The position numbers and the translations under genes were made by a program. 64,000 bases of DNA from Erysipelotrichaceae bacterium (GTDB lineage Bacteria; Bacillota_I; Bacilli_A; Erysipelotrichales; Erysipelotrichaceae): NCBI GenBank assembly GCA_017432895.1, contig JAFRIG010000007.1, positions 927-64,926 on the forward strand, read 5' to 3'. Shown in pieces: positions 27,363 through 37,310 of the stretch (positions within the stretch are counted from its first letter, which is position 1; every line of letters starts with the position of its first letter). The notes beneath the pieces were generated by a model. It was not told the origin of the DNA and did not search any database. It saw nothing but the letters and a program-made list of their open reading frames with translations.

Positions 27363-28572
27363 AGCACAGGGTGTCAGGCTATGCCTGACACCTACTTATC
27401 TGCCGTTCTATCTGACCGGTTATAAAACACCGATCAGAAAACTGCCGGCGCAAGGTGTCCATGACGATATCTATGCTCAGATCTCTCTGATCGATGTTGA
27501 CGGGAAAAAACTTTTCCTGTTTTCAACCGACTGGATCTCCGTCGAAGAATGTTTCTATGAGGAACTTTCGGATAAACTTCATGAGAAATACGGTATCGAT
27601 AAGAAACTGGTCTTAGTTTCAGCGACTCACAATCACCAGTCGGTAGGCGATCAGATGAAACAGAATGAACATTTCAACCAGGGCTATTATGACTGGATCA
27701 TTCAAAGGGCTATTGAGTTGTATGAGGTCTGCGAAAATTCTTTGGAAGAAGTGGAAGTCTATTTCGGCAAGAAAGTCATTGAAGGCTATTACGCCTCCAG
27801 AGTTCTGGATAATACGCTGGCGGATAATGAGGTGATCCTGCTTGAATTGAGAAACAAAGACGGAAAGGCCGTTTCCGCTATCTGCAACTGGGCAGTTCAT
27901 TCCACGGCTTTGACGCCCAACAATGCTTTATTGACAGGCGAATTCGCCCAGAATACGGCTAAAGAATATCAGAAACTAAAAGGCTATTATCCCCACATGA
28001 TCGTCGGTGCCGCCGGTGACTGTTCGACCAGGGCGACCAGGCAGGGCAATGATTATCAGGAACTCGATCGTATCGCCAAGGGTATGGCCAATGAGATCGC
28101 AAAGATCGAAGTCAAGGAAAAACTTGAATTGAATTTTGAATCGATCTCATCGATAACGCATCATGTCGATGTAGCGATCGACCATGATGATGTGATGACA
28201 AAGATCAAAGAAAGTGAGGAAGAACTTAAGACGGCTACGGATTTCGATCGGATCAAGGTCCTGAAATCGATGATGCCGGCTCTTCAAAAGCTCTCAAAGC
28301 TTGATAGAGCAGTGGCTGACTGGTTTGCGGATGATATCAAACTGGGCGATCTGGAGATCGTAGTGACGCCGGCGGAACTTGCCAGCAAATTCGGTTTAGG
28401 CATCAAATCTGCCTCGAAGGCGAAATGCTGCCTGATCTTTGGTTATACTAATGGTAAGGCGGGTTATCTGTTCCCGAAAGAACTATATGGCCTGACCTTT
28501 GAGACCATTTCCTCCGGGATTCCGGCGGAAGAGGTCGAAGCGTATATCGCGAAGATAATGGAGATGATTTGA
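27352..28572 (+). CDS. Neutral/alkaline ceramidase-like N-terminal-domain hydrolase (putative amidase)
   Basis: 'LTGYKTPIRKLPAQGVHDDIYAQISLIDVDGKKLFLFSTD...VSATHNHQS' resembles the bacterial ceramidase_alk-type pattern (M-GY...G-HD-LYAR...ATHTHS). The start is uncertain (27340 GTG, 27352 ATG or 27355 ATG). Confidence 0.5.
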   Translation: MMIKAQGVRLCLTPTYLPFYLTGYKTPIRKLPAQGVHDDIYAQISLIDVDGKKLFLFSTDWISVEECFYEELSDKLHEKYGIDKKLVLVSATHNHQSVGDQMKQNEHFNQGYYDWIIQRAIELYEVCENSLEEVEVYFGKKVIEGYYASRVLDNTLADNEVILLELRNKDGKAVSAICNWAVHSTALTPNNALLTGEFAQNTAKEYQKLKGYYPHMIVGAAGDCSTRATRQGNDYQELDRIAKGMANEIAKIEVKEKLELNFESISSITHHVDVAIDHDDVMTKIKESEEELKTATDFDRIKVLKSMMPALQKLSKLDRAVADWFADDIKLGDLEIVVTPAELASKFGLGIKSASKAKCCLIFGYTNGKAGYLFPKELYGLTFETISSGIPAEEVEAYIAKIMEMI

Positions 28573-28573
28573 G

Positions 28574-29059
28574 ATGACTGATACTAATTACATTGAAAGA
28601 AAAAATATCGTTTGTGATGGCGTTTTCATTGGAACGCTCAACTTTAAGCCTTTAGGAGCGATTGGCTTTGTGACGATCCTGGGAGCGGCTTTGATCATGC
28701 TCAGGACGCAGATCCCGATCATTATCGGCATTCTGCTGATTTTACTGGGAATCGTAGCCTTTTTTGCAATCAAAGACAAGAAGCTGATCGATTTCTATTC
28801 CGATGCGGCTGTCATCTATGATCCGCAGGATAATGACAGAGCCTACAAACTTGATTATGAGGATCTCGATTACTGGTCTGTCGATTCGGCCAACAGAGTC
28901 ATATTCTTCGTTCTTAAAGACGAAAGAGTGATCAGGATCGATTCGATGCGCTATGTCCACGCCTACAATCTGCTGGCTAAGACGATACCGGGCAAGAAAG
29001 AAAGATCGAGACTGGAAAAGTTCAGAAATAAGAGTAAAGAAGGAAAGGATACGAAATGA
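28574..29059 (+). CDS. Hypothetical membrane protein (two TM helices plus a small PH-like C-terminal domain)
   Basis: 161-aa ORF starting 1 nt after the upstream stop, with hydrophobic helices at aa ~25-65. Confidence 0.5.
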   Translation: MTDTNYIERKNIVCDGVFIGTLNFKPLGAIGFVTILGAALIMLRTQIPIIIGILLILLGIVAFFAIKDKKLIDFYSDAAVIYDPQDNDRAYKLDYEDLDYWSVDSANRVIFFVLKDERVIRIDSMRYVHAYNLLAKTIPGKKERSRLEKFRNKSKEGKDTK

Positions 29060-29949
29060 GAAAGAGATTAGTTTACAGATGCGATGATGTCGGTTATACA
29101 CCGGCTTATGATATGGGTATCTTCGATGTCTTTGACGGCAATATCGGTACAGCGGCTGATATCATGTTCGATGCCTGCCACGCTAAGGAAGCTTTGGAGT
29201 TCGTCAAAGAAAGACCCTGGCTCTCCGTGGGTTGGCATAGACATCTCTGGGAAGCACCCGTCCTTTCACCGGAAGAAGTTCCTTCGATGGTCGATGAAGA
29301 AGGACGTTTCAAATGGCGTCACAGAAAAGCCTACCTGATGGATGAAGTCACCTATGAAGATGCCTACAAGGAATTTAAGGCGGAGATGGATCTGTGCTAT
29401 TCCGTTTTAGGAAAATATCCTGATGTCACTTCGATCAGAGGAGGTGGCAATGAATTGGAAAGAGCCTACAAGGATGTCGTGGAGGAATGCGGAATCGTTT
29501 ATAACTTCTTCGTCAATGATCCTAACAATAATAAATTCAGGGCTGACAGAGGTGGAAGAGCTCCCGGGCCGCAGGCAATCGTTGATCCCAAATGGGAAGA
29601 CAGGCATATCATCTCGGCCGATGTTCAACCCGATAAGGGCTTCAAACTGGAGTTTCTGGATGATTTTGAACCATTGGTCAAACTGACAGCCTTGAAATGG
29701 ACGGATGCTGAAGAGATCTATTTCTACGGCTGCCACCCCGGTTTCCTGGATGCCCATATCTATGCGGAATCCACCAGCACACTGCATCGTCTGAAGGAAT
29801 ACAGGGATGCCCTGTCCGAGGAATATAAAAACTGGCTGATAAGCAATAAGGTCGAACTGATTAACTTCCGTGATGCCTTATATGGCACCAACGAATTCCA
29901 GGATCACCTGAAGCAGATCGATTCACCGCTGTGGATCGGCAATATGTAA
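29056..29949 (+). CDS. ChbG/YdjC-family carbohydrate deacetylase-like protein
   Basis: 'RLVYRCDDVGYTPAYDMGI...' and 'LSVGWHRHLW' resemble the YdjC metal-binding DD and His motifs. ATGA overlap with the upstream gene. Confidence 0.55.
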   Translation: MRKRLVYRCDDVGYTPAYDMGIFDVFDGNIGTAADIMFDACHAKEALEFVKERPWLSVGWHRHLWEAPVLSPEEVPSMVDEEGRFKWRHRKAYLMDEVTYEDAYKEFKAEMDLCYSVLGKYPDVTSIRGGGNELERAYKDVVEECGIVYNFFVNDPNNNKFRADRGGRAPGPQAIVDPKWEDRHIISADVQPDKGFKLEFLDDFEPLVKLTALKWTDAEEIYFYGCHPGFLDAHIYAESTSTLHRLKEYRDALSEEYKNWLISNKVELINFRDALYGTNEFQDHLKQIDSPLWIGNM

Positions 29950-29953
29950 GATG

Positions 29954-29977
29954 AGAAGGTCGCAAGGCCTTCTTTTT
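29954..29977 (+). terminator. Terminator closing the PTS operon
   Basis: AGAAGG (29954-29959) pairs with CCTTCT (29968-29973), followed by T5. Confidence 0.55.
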
Positions 29978-29992
29978 AAAATTCTATATCAA

Positions 29993-30020
29993 GAAAAAAA
30001 CCCGGTTCATCAAGCCGGGT
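29993..30020 (-). terminator. Rho-independent terminator of the minus-strand MFS gene
   Basis: ACCCGG (30000-30005) pairs with CCGGGT (30015-30020). The A run at 29993-30000 reads as a T run on the minus strand. Confidence 0.7.
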
Positions 30021-30060
30021 CTTTCTCGAAAAGGGGTTCATATATAAGAGAGGGGAATTC

Positions 30061-31302
30061 TCACTTATTGTTGTTTTCAAAGTTGTATTCGATATCCTCG
30101 ATCTGTTTTCTGGTACACCAGACAAATATCACGCCCAGGATCACGGGGATCGTCATGACTGTCCACATGATCGGCGTATAACCGAAGGTATTGGCGACCA
30201 CACCGCAGACGTAGGGTCCGACCAGGGTCGCTGCATCCATGGCAATGTAGTTGGTGGAAGAAGCGGATCCGCGTTTGGTCGTATCGACCGATTTCATGCA
30301 CAGCGACTGGACGGCAGGTTGCGTTGCACCATAGCCGCAGGCATTGATCGCACCGACGATCAGCAGCATGATCAGTGACTTTGACTGGCCGATCAGATAA
30401 AGCGAGATGGCCGTCATCAACAGTGAAGGGATCGCCACTTTGACGAAACCGTATTTGTCGGTCAGTTTGCCGATAAGCGGCCTTGTCGCCAGCATCGTGA
30501 TAGCATAGACCGTAAAATACAAGCTGGAATTGGGAATGCCTCTTTCTTCGGCATACACCAGCAGGAAAGCATTTATCGCATTGAAACCGATGGCGATCAA
30601 AAAGGTGATCATGGCTGGTACGAAAGCTTCTTTAGCGACCATCGTATCAAAACGAAGGACGAATTTACCGGTCCCGGAATTGGGGACTTTGACGATCGCC
30701 TGAACAAGTACGATCGTGGCATAAAGGATCAATCCTGCGACGACATATGTGGCATTATAGCCGATGAAATCGCGAAGGGTTACACCGATTGTCGGGCCGA
30801 TAGCCTGGGAAACGGTCTGAGCCAGGGCGTAGACAGCCATACCGGAAGAGAACTGTTTCTTGGGGATGACTTCCGAAACGATAGCCATCAGACAGGCATT
30901 GCCGAAGGCATTGCCCATACCCTGTATCAGTCTGAAGATCATCAGGACGGTAATCAGGTCGATATGGGTGATCGAAGAGACAATTGGAGACAGACCAAAG
31001 CCGATATAGGCTGTTCCGAAGAAGAACAGCGCCAGCTGTAAAAGTCTTTTGCGATCATAGGCCGTCATGGCCGGACCGGCGATGAAACGCATGATCAGGG
31101 CCGTCATGGCAAACAGAGACATCAGAGTGCCGATCTTATCGGCCGGGGCACCGTTTGCCTTGGCATATAATGACAGCAGTGAGTTGGACATCTGGGTCGA
31201 CAGATTCATCAGACCGCTGGTTATGAATAAACTGATAAACATCGGATTCCATAGTTTTTCCGGTATTTCAAAGTTCTTTTTTTCTGACATAAGCTTTTCC
31301 AC
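30061..31302 (-). CDS. MFS transporter
   Basis: 413 aa with ~12 hydrophobic helices and the loop motif 'GKLTDKYG' between TM8 and TM9, typical of MFS proteins. Confidence 0.85.
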   Translation of the reverse strand: MEKLMSEKKNFEIPEKLWNPMFISLFITSGLMNLSTQMSNSLLSLYAKANGAPADKIGTLMSLFAMTALIMRFIAGPAMTAYDRKRLLQLALFFFGTAYIGFGLSPIVSSITHIDLITVLMIFRLIQGMGNAFGNACLMAIVSEVIPKKQFSSGMAVYALAQTVSQAIGPTIGVTLRDFIGYNATYVVAGLILYATIVLVQAIVKVPNSGTGKFVLRFDTMVAKEAFVPAMITFLIAIGFNAINAFLLVYAEERGIPNSSLYFTVYAITMLATRPLIGKLTDKYGFVKVAIPSLLMTAISLYLIGQSKSLIMLLIVGAINACGYGATQPAVQSLCMKSVDTTKRGSASSTNYIAMDAATLVGPYVCGVVANTFGYTPIMWTVMTIPVILGVIFVWCTRKQIEDIEYNFENNNK

Positions 31303-31480
31303 CTTATCTGCTTCTATTATCGAAAAAACGAAAGGGTTATCACATTCAATATTTTCGTTAATAAACGGTATTTTTCTGTATCGTTATTTCACTCACAATC
31401 TTCCTTAAACAAACACCAAATATGAAGTATTGACGATTGCCGCTTTTCATATAATCAGGATGTATCAAAGGGGGAGCGTT

Positions 31481-32848
31481 ATGAAAAAACAAATGGATCT
31501 TACGCAAGGAAATATCGTGAAAGTATTACTGGCTTTTGCGGTTCCTTTATTTATAGGACAGCTGTTTCAGACTTTGTATCACAGCGTCGACTCGATCGTT
31601 GTCGGCAACTTCGTATCTTCCGATGCTCTGGCGGCAGTCAACGCCTCTTCCAGCATCTCCAATACCCTGGTCGGTTTCTTTACCGGACTGGCGGCGGGAG
31701 CCGGCGTCATTTTTGCGAAATACTACGGAGCCAAGGATCATGAAAGACTGCATGAAGCGATCCAGACGACGATGACTTTTACACTTATCGCCGGAACTAT
31801 CGTGGCTTTGATCGGTGTGGTCTTTGCCAAGGAATTTTTGACTCTGATGAAGGTTGATGCCAGCATCTTTGAAGCGGCGACAGCCTACTTGCGGATCTAC
31901 ATGTTCGGCGTCTTGTTTACGGCCGTCTACAATGTCGGAGCAGGTGTCGTCAGAGGAGTCGGCGATTCCATGAGTCCGTTCTATCAGCTGGTGATCTCTT
32001 CGGTTGCCAATATCGTTTTGGACTTACTGTTTGTCGTAGTTTTCAAATTGGGTGTCAACGGTGTCGGTTTTGCGACCGTCATCGCCCAGTTCATCTCGGT
32101 GGCTATGGTCTTCAAACGGATGATGGAACTGGATGAGAGCTATGCCTTGAAACTTAATGAGATGCATATCAGCTTCCCGGTCTTAAAGGAAGTTTTGGCT
32201 CTGGGTCTGCCGGCGGCGATCCAGTCGAGCATCACTTCCATCGGTAATCTTTTCACTCATCGCTATATCAACGGTTTCGGTAAGGCGGCAACGGCGGGCA
32301 TTCCGACCGGTCAGAAGATCGACCAGTTTGCCCAGCTGGCCTGCAAGGGCGTAGGTCTGGCGATCCCGACTTTCATCGCTCAGAATATCGGTGCCAAGAA
32401 GTATGATCGTGCCGTTAAGGGCGTTTCGGTCTCCGTTTGGCTGGTCATGGTTTTGACCATCATCCCGGGTTTCGTAGTTCTGATCTTTGCGCCGCAGCTG
32501 GCCAGGATCTTCACACCGGATGAAGAAGTCATCGCGGTCATCGTCGGCTTCTTAAGGACTGTCATGCCGTTCTATGCTTTCATGGGCCTCAACCAGGTCT
32601 TCTCCGGCATCATCAAAGGTTTCCACGAGGCGACTTTCGACATGATCAACAACATCTTCTCAATGGTCTTTGTCAGACAGATGTGGCTCTATCTTTCTTT
32701 GAAAGCCAACCATGTCATTGAAAACATCTTCTGGTGCTATCCTCTGACCTGGGCCTGTGCCGGTCTGTTGGGTCTGGCCTACTATGAGATAAAGGTCAAG
32801 AAGAAGATGAAGGCTTTGCATGAAGAAAATAAGGAAGGTGATCTGTAA
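31481..32848 (+). CDS. MATE family efflux transporter
   Basis: 'DLTQGNIVKVLLAFAVPLFIGQLFQTLYHSVDSIVVG' is the typical MATE N-terminus. 12 TM helices. The ATG at 31481 follows RBS AAAGGGGGAG; the longer ORF from 31430 was rejected. Confidence 0.9.
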   Translation: MKKQMDLTQGNIVKVLLAFAVPLFIGQLFQTLYHSVDSIVVGNFVSSDALAAVNASSSISNTLVGFFTGLAAGAGVIFAKYYGAKDHERLHEAIQTTMTFTLIAGTIVALIGVVFAKEFLTLMKVDASIFEAATAYLRIYMFGVLFTAVYNVGAGVVRGVGDSMSPFYQLVISSVANIVLDLLFVVVFKLGVNGVGFATVIAQFISVAMVFKRMMELDESYALKLNEMHISFPVLKEVLALGLPAAIQSSITSIGNLFTHRYINGFGKAATAGIPTGQKIDQFAQLACKGVGLAIPTFIAQNIGAKKYDRAVKGVSVSVWLVMVLTIIPGFVVLIFAPQLARIFTPDEEVIAVIVGFLRTVMPFYAFMGLNQVFSGIIKGFHEATFDMINNIFSMVFVRQMWLYLSLKANHVIENIFWCYPLTWACAGLLGLAYYEIKVKKKMKALHEENKEGDL

Positions 32849-32935
32849 AACGGATCACTTCTTTTGTCTGCGTTACTTTTTGACACATAGTTTTGTTTAA
32901 AGATTTCTAAAATAAAAGTGAAAGAGAGAAAAAAT

Positions 32936-33778
32936 ATGAAAGTATATGAGGTAATCGAAAAGATCAAGGAATGGCATCAGCCCTATATCGAGCAGGAAAA
33001 GACCAGGGATATCTATCTGTGCGGCGATCCGCAAACGGAGTGTAGAGGTGTTGCGGTCACCTGCGCCTGTACCCTGGAAGTCATGCACAAGGCCGTAGAG
33101 AAGGGGATCAACCTGATCATCTCGCACGAAGGCATCACCTACAACTACGAAAAGAAATACCAGAGAGATGAATTCAAAAACGAGACCCTGTTAGAAAAAC
33201 TAAATTACGCTAAAGAACATGACCTCGTCGTCTGGCGTGATCACGACCATATGCACGGTACCTTCTTAAGAGAAGAGAATCGCCGTCTGCGTCATGATAT
33301 GATCTTCTATGGCACAATGAAGGAATTGGGCTGGGAAGAGTATCTGACAGGCGATGAGCTCAAGCCTTTACTGTTCAAAGTTCCGGAAATGTCGGCTCGG
33401 GAATTCGGTCAGCAGCTGATCAAGGCCTGGAACCTCAATGGACTAAGGATTGTGGGCGATCTTGATGGCCGTGTTTCTACTGTCTACATCGTCGAACATG
33501 TCATTGCCGGCAAGTTCGATGACTACGATCTGGGCAAGATCGATATGGCTGAAGACATCGATGCCTTCATTCCGCTGGAGATCGTCGATTATACACTGAC
33601 TTCCTATGTCAGAGACGCCGCCTATCTGGGCAAAAACAAGATCATATATGAAATGGGCCACTTCAATGCCGAAGAGCTGGGCATGAAATATCTGGCCAGG
33701 GTCTTGCCGGAAGTTTTGGGCATGGATGTGGAATTCATCCAGTCGGGCGATACTTTCAATTATCTGATTAGAGAATAG
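32936..33778 (+). CDS. Nif3-like dinuclear metal centre protein
   Basis: 'RGVAVTCACTLEVMHKAVEKGINLIISHEG' matches the NIF3 N-terminal pattern. I chose the ATG at 32936 over the upstream GTG at 32918. Confidence 0.65.
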   Translation: MKVYEVIEKIKEWHQPYIEQEKTRDIYLCGDPQTECRGVAVTCACTLEVMHKAVEKGINLIISHEGITYNYEKKYQRDEFKNETLLEKLNYAKEHDLVVWRDHDHMHGTFLREENRRLRHDMIFYGTMKELGWEEYLTGDELKPLLFKVPEMSAREFGQQLIKAWNLNGLRIVGDLDGRVSTVYIVEHVIAGKFDDYDLGKIDMAEDIDAFIPLEIVDYTLTSYVRDAAYLGKNKIIYEMGHFNAEELGMKYLARVLPEVLGMDVEFIQSGDTFNYLIRE

Positions 33779-33873
33779 AAACAAGTCGGGAAACCGGCTT
33801 TTGTGATGCGATAATTAAGAAGCTCATAGACTAAAATGATAGAATATTTATTGTAGCAACAAGAGGTTTTATT

Positions 33874-34785
33874 ATGACAGAAATTTATGATGTAGCAGTA
33901 GTGGGCGGGGGTCCGGCAGGACTGACGGCAGCTTTATATGCTTTGCGCAACGGCAAGAGCGTCATGGTGATCGAGAAGTCCGTTTTCGGCGGACAGATCG
34001 TCAATTCACCCAAAGTTGAAAACATCCCCGGTTTTCTTTCGATCTCGGGTGATGAGTTCGGCGATCTGATGCTGGACCAGGTGATGAAGCAGGGCGGCGA
34101 AGTTTGTTTCGATGAGGCTTTGAAAGTGGAAAGCGACGGTCAATTGGCGACTGTAACTCTGGATATGGGTGAACCCATCCAGGCAAAGACCGTGATCCTG
34201 GCGACGGGTACGACCCATCGCACCTTAGGCCTGCCGCATGAAGAAGAGCTCATCGGCAAGAACATCCACTTCTGTGCAGTCTGTGACGGCAACTTTTATA
34301 AAGACAAGACGGTAGTCATGGTGGGTGGCGGCAATTCGGCTTTCGTCGAAACCAGCCATCTCTTGGATATCGTTGAGAAAGTGATCATGTTGCAGGATAT
34401 GCCGTATTTTACCGGCGAAAAGAAACTGCTGGACTCCGTCTTAAGCAAGCCCAATCTGGAAGCTCATGTTTCCACTAAAGTATTGGGTTATGAGCTTAGT
34501 GACGGTAAGCTTGTCGGCGTCAGATATCTGGAGAATGGGGAAGAAAAGCTCGTTTCCTGTGACGGTGTCTTCCTGGCTGTCGGACTCATCCCGGATAACG
34601 GCCATTTTGAAAACGTGGCAAAGCTTGATGAAAGGGGCTATTTCGCTTCCGATGAAAATGGTACGACTATGACGAAAAACGTCTTTGTGGCCGGCGATTG
34701 TAGAAACAAAGCTCTAAGGCAAGTCGCGACGGCTTGTGCCGATGGGGCCAATGCCGCTATCATGGCTTGTAACCTGTTGCGTTAG
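33874..34785 (+). CDS. trxB: Thioredoxin-disulfide reductase
   Basis: FAD motif 'VAVVGGGPAGLTAA', redox-active 'CAVCDG', NADPH motif 'VGGGNSA'. 303 aa. Confidence 0.85.
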   Translation: MTEIYDVAVVGGGPAGLTAALYALRNGKSVMVIEKSVFGGQIVNSPKVENIPGFLSISGDEFGDLMLDQVMKQGGEVCFDEALKVESDGQLATVTLDMGEPIQAKTVILATGTTHRTLGLPHEEELIGKNIHFCAVCDGNFYKDKTVVMVGGGNSAFVETSHLLDIVEKVIMLQDMPYFTGEKKLLDSVLSKPNLEAHVSTKVLGYELSDGKLVGVRYLENGEEKLVSCDGVFLAVGLIPDNGHFENVAKLDERGYFASDENGTTMTKNVFVAGDCRNKALRQVATACADGANAAIMACNLLR

Positions 34786-34805
34786 TTATAAAAATCAATT
34801 GGTAC

Positions 34806-34837
34806 TAAAAAAGCTTTCCGTGAGGAAAGCTTTTTGT
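34806..34837. terminator. Bidirectional terminator between trxB and the convergent nucleotidyltransferase gene
   Basis: AAAGCTTTCC (34810-34819) pairs with GGAAAGCTTT (34824-34833), loop GTGA, flanked by an A run and a T run. Confidence 0.85.
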
Positions 34838-34849
34838 CTGGCTTATTGT

Positions 34850-35773
34850 TTATTCCGCTTCCTTGAACAGGATATCGGGATAAGTTCCGTTATCTTTAAG
34901 AGCCTGGATCTTGGCCATGACCGTCGGTTTGTCTTCCTTGTAGGTGACACCGAACCAGGAATCTTCGGAGGTCAGAACTTTGACCTTGCATTCGCCTTTG
35001 TCGACCATCAAACCGACATGGTTGGGCAATAATGCTTCGTATTTGAGCGGATTGTTGATGACGCCGATCGGCAGTTCATAAGTGAAGATGTTCTGCAGCT
35101 TACTGATGACGGAGGGACCAAAGCCCCAGAAGTTCATGGAGACCGGAGTACCCAGTTCCAATGGCTTGTATTGTCCATCTTCTTCAAACAGGACACCGTC
35201 GTGGTTCTCGTTCCACTTGATGTTCATGATCTCTTTGATGCTGGTGAGGAAGTCCTCGTCGTTTTTCTGGCAGACGCCTCTGGTGACGGTACCGTTGTCG
35301 CTGAGCGTATTCTCGACTTTGTAGCCGACCATGCAATAGGTGTCTTCACTGATACCGTTATGGAAGAAGGAAATGACTTTTTCGAAAGCATCCTTGCCAT
35401 AGAAGTCGTCGGCGTTGCAGACGATGAACGGGTCGTCTTTCAAGATGTTGCGGCAACTAAGAAGAGCGTGGGTGGTGCCCCAAGGTTTGACTCTTTCCAC
35501 CGGGATCGTGACATCGTCAGGGATGTCTTTGAGGTCCTGGAAGGCATATTCGACTTCGATATAGGGCCTGATCTTTTTGATGAGCGATTCTTCAAAAGCT
35601 TCCTGATGTTCCTTTTTGATGATCAGTACGACTTTCTTGAAACCGGCTCTGATGGCATCGAAGATCGTGAATTCGATGATCGGTTCATTATGGTTTCCAA
35701 CACCGTCGATCTGCTTAAGTCCGCCATAACGGGAACCCATACCGGCAGCCAAAATAACAAGTGTTTCTTTCAT
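34850..35773 (-). CDS. Sugar-phosphate nucleotidyltransferase (NTP_transferase fold)
   Basis: 'MKETLVILAAGMGSRYGGLKQ' is the G-rich NTP loop. The start at 35773 follows AGGAGG. The longer 419-aa ORF runs into glpK on the opposite strand and was rejected. Confidence 0.75.
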   Translation of the reverse strand: MKETLVILAAGMGSRYGGLKQIDGVGNHNEPIIEFTIFDAIRAGFKKVVLIIKKEHQEAFEESLIKKIRPYIEVEYAFQDLKDIPDDVTIPVERVKPWGTTHALLSCRNILKDDPFIVCNADDFYGKDAFEKVISFFHNGISEDTYCMVGYKVENTLSDNGTVTRGVCQKNDEDFLTSIKEIMNIKWNENHDGVLFEEDGQYKPLELGTPVSMNFWGFGPSVISKLQNIFTYELPIGVINNPLKYEALLPNHVGLMVDKGECKVKVLTSEDSWFGVTYKEDKPTVMAKIQALKDNGTYPDILFKEAE

Positions 35774-35837
35774 TGCAAATCCTCCTGCTTTCGCATTTAT
35801 TATATAATGAAAATGTAGATATAAGGAGCACAATAAT

Positions 35838-37307
35838 ATGGAAAAATATGTCTTAGCAATCGACCAGGGGACCACCAGTACCAGGGCTATCATTTTCGAC
35901 AGCCACCAGCAGGTCGTCAAGGTCGCCCAGAAGGAGATCACCAATTTCTTCCCGCAGCCGGGCTGGGTGGAACAGGATGCCAACGAGATCTGGCTGTCGA
36001 CTTTGGCGGTCATCGCGCAGATCTTCGACGGGGGACAGATCAAGCCGGAACAGATCGTTTCGATCGGTATCTCCAACCAGCGTGAGACGACAGTCGTCTG
36101 GGATGCCAAGACGGGTCTTCCGGTCTATCGGGCCATCGTGTGGCAGTCCCGTCAGACTTCGCAGATCGTCGATGAGTTAAAAGCTCAGGGGCTGGAACCT
36201 TTCATCAAGGAAAAGACCGGTCTGGTCCTTGACCCGTACTTCTCAGCCTCCAAGATCAAGTGGATCAGGGAGAATGTGGAAGGGGCCAAAGAGAATAAAG
36301 ACCTCCTCTTCGGTACGATCGATACCTTCTTATTGTGGAAGTTTACCTGCGGACAGGTCCATGCCACGGATGTGACCAATGCTTCCAGGACCTTATTATT
36401 CAATATCCATACTTTGAACTGGGATCAGGAACTGCTTGATCTGTTTGATATCCCGGCTTCGATGCTTCCGGAAATCAAAGATACTTCCGGTATCTTCGGT
36501 GACATCGATCCGCGCCACTTTTTCAACCACAGCTGTCCGATCGCTGCGATGGTCGGTGACCAGCAGGCGGCCTTGTTTGGCGAATCCTGCTTTGAAAGAT
36601 CAAGTGTCAAGAATACCTATGGTACCGGCGGCTTCATCCTGGTCAATACCGGTGATGAGGCGATCATTTCCAAATATGGTCTGCTTTCAACGGTGGCCTG
36701 GAAGATAGGGGAAGAAGTCAAGTACGCTCTGGAAGGTTCGATCTTCGTTTCGGGTTCACTTATTCAGTGGTTAAGAGATGAGATGAAGTTCTTTGTAGAG
36801 GCCAGGGATTCCGAAGAACTTGCCAGGACCGTAGAGGATTCCGGTGGTGTCATGATCGTTCCGGCTTTCACGGGACTTGGTGCTCCTTACTGGAACGATA
36901 AATGCAAGGGTGCGATCTTCGGTCTGACCAGAGGTACCAGTCGCGGACATCTGGCCAGAGCCTGTATCGAGGCGATGGCTTATCAGTCCAAGGATCTGAT
37001 CAAGGTCATGGAAGAAGATCTCAATGAAAAGATCAGTTTCATCAAGGTCGACGGTGGCGCCAGTGTCAATAAGCTACTGGTTCAGTTCCAGTCGGATATC
37101 CTGGAGATCCCGGTCATCAGACCGGTACTGCCGGAGACGACGGCTTTAGGGGCAGCCAGACTGGCCGGTCTGGCAGTCGGCTACTATTCCTTTGAAGATT
37201 TCAAGGAAGAGGACGATCAGCGCTATGAACCGCAGATGGATCATGAAGAAGTCGAAAGACTCTATGACAAGTGGCAAAAGGCGATAAAGGCCACCCAGGA
37301 GTTTTAA
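35838..37307 (+). CDS. glpK: Glycerol kinase
   Basis: 'YVLAIDQGTTSTRAIIFD...FPQPGWVEQDANEIW' is highly characteristic of GlpK. 489 aa. Confidence 0.95.
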   Translation: MEKYVLAIDQGTTSTRAIIFDSHQQVVKVAQKEITNFFPQPGWVEQDANEIWLSTLAVIAQIFDGGQIKPEQIVSIGISNQRETTVVWDAKTGLPVYRAIVWQSRQTSQIVDELKAQGLEPFIKEKTGLVLDPYFSASKIKWIRENVEGAKENKDLLFGTIDTFLLWKFTCGQVHATDVTNASRTLLFNIHTLNWDQELLDLFDIPASMLPEIKDTSGIFGDIDPRHFFNHSCPIAAMVGDQQAALFGESCFERSSVKNTYGTGGFILVNTGDEAIISKYGLLSTVAWKIGEEVKYALEGSIFVSGSLIQWLRDEMKFFVEARDSEELARTVEDSGGVMIVPAFTGLGAPYWNDKCKGAIFGLTRGTSRGHLARACIEAMAYQSKDLIKVMEEDLNEKISFIKVDGGASVNKLLVQFQSDILEIPVIRPVLPETTALGAARLAGLAVGYYSFEDFKEEDDQRYEPQMDHEEVERLYDKWQKAIKATQEF

Positions 37308-37310
37308 GAC

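Noticed and set aside
35774-36109. N-terminal extension of the nucleotidyltransferase ORF to 419 aa, running antisense through the start of glpK
   Set aside because: An internal ATG at 35773 is preceded by AGGAGG and begins the conserved 'MKETLVILAAGMGSRYGG' NTP-binding loop. The extension overlaps the bona fide glpK gene on the other strand.
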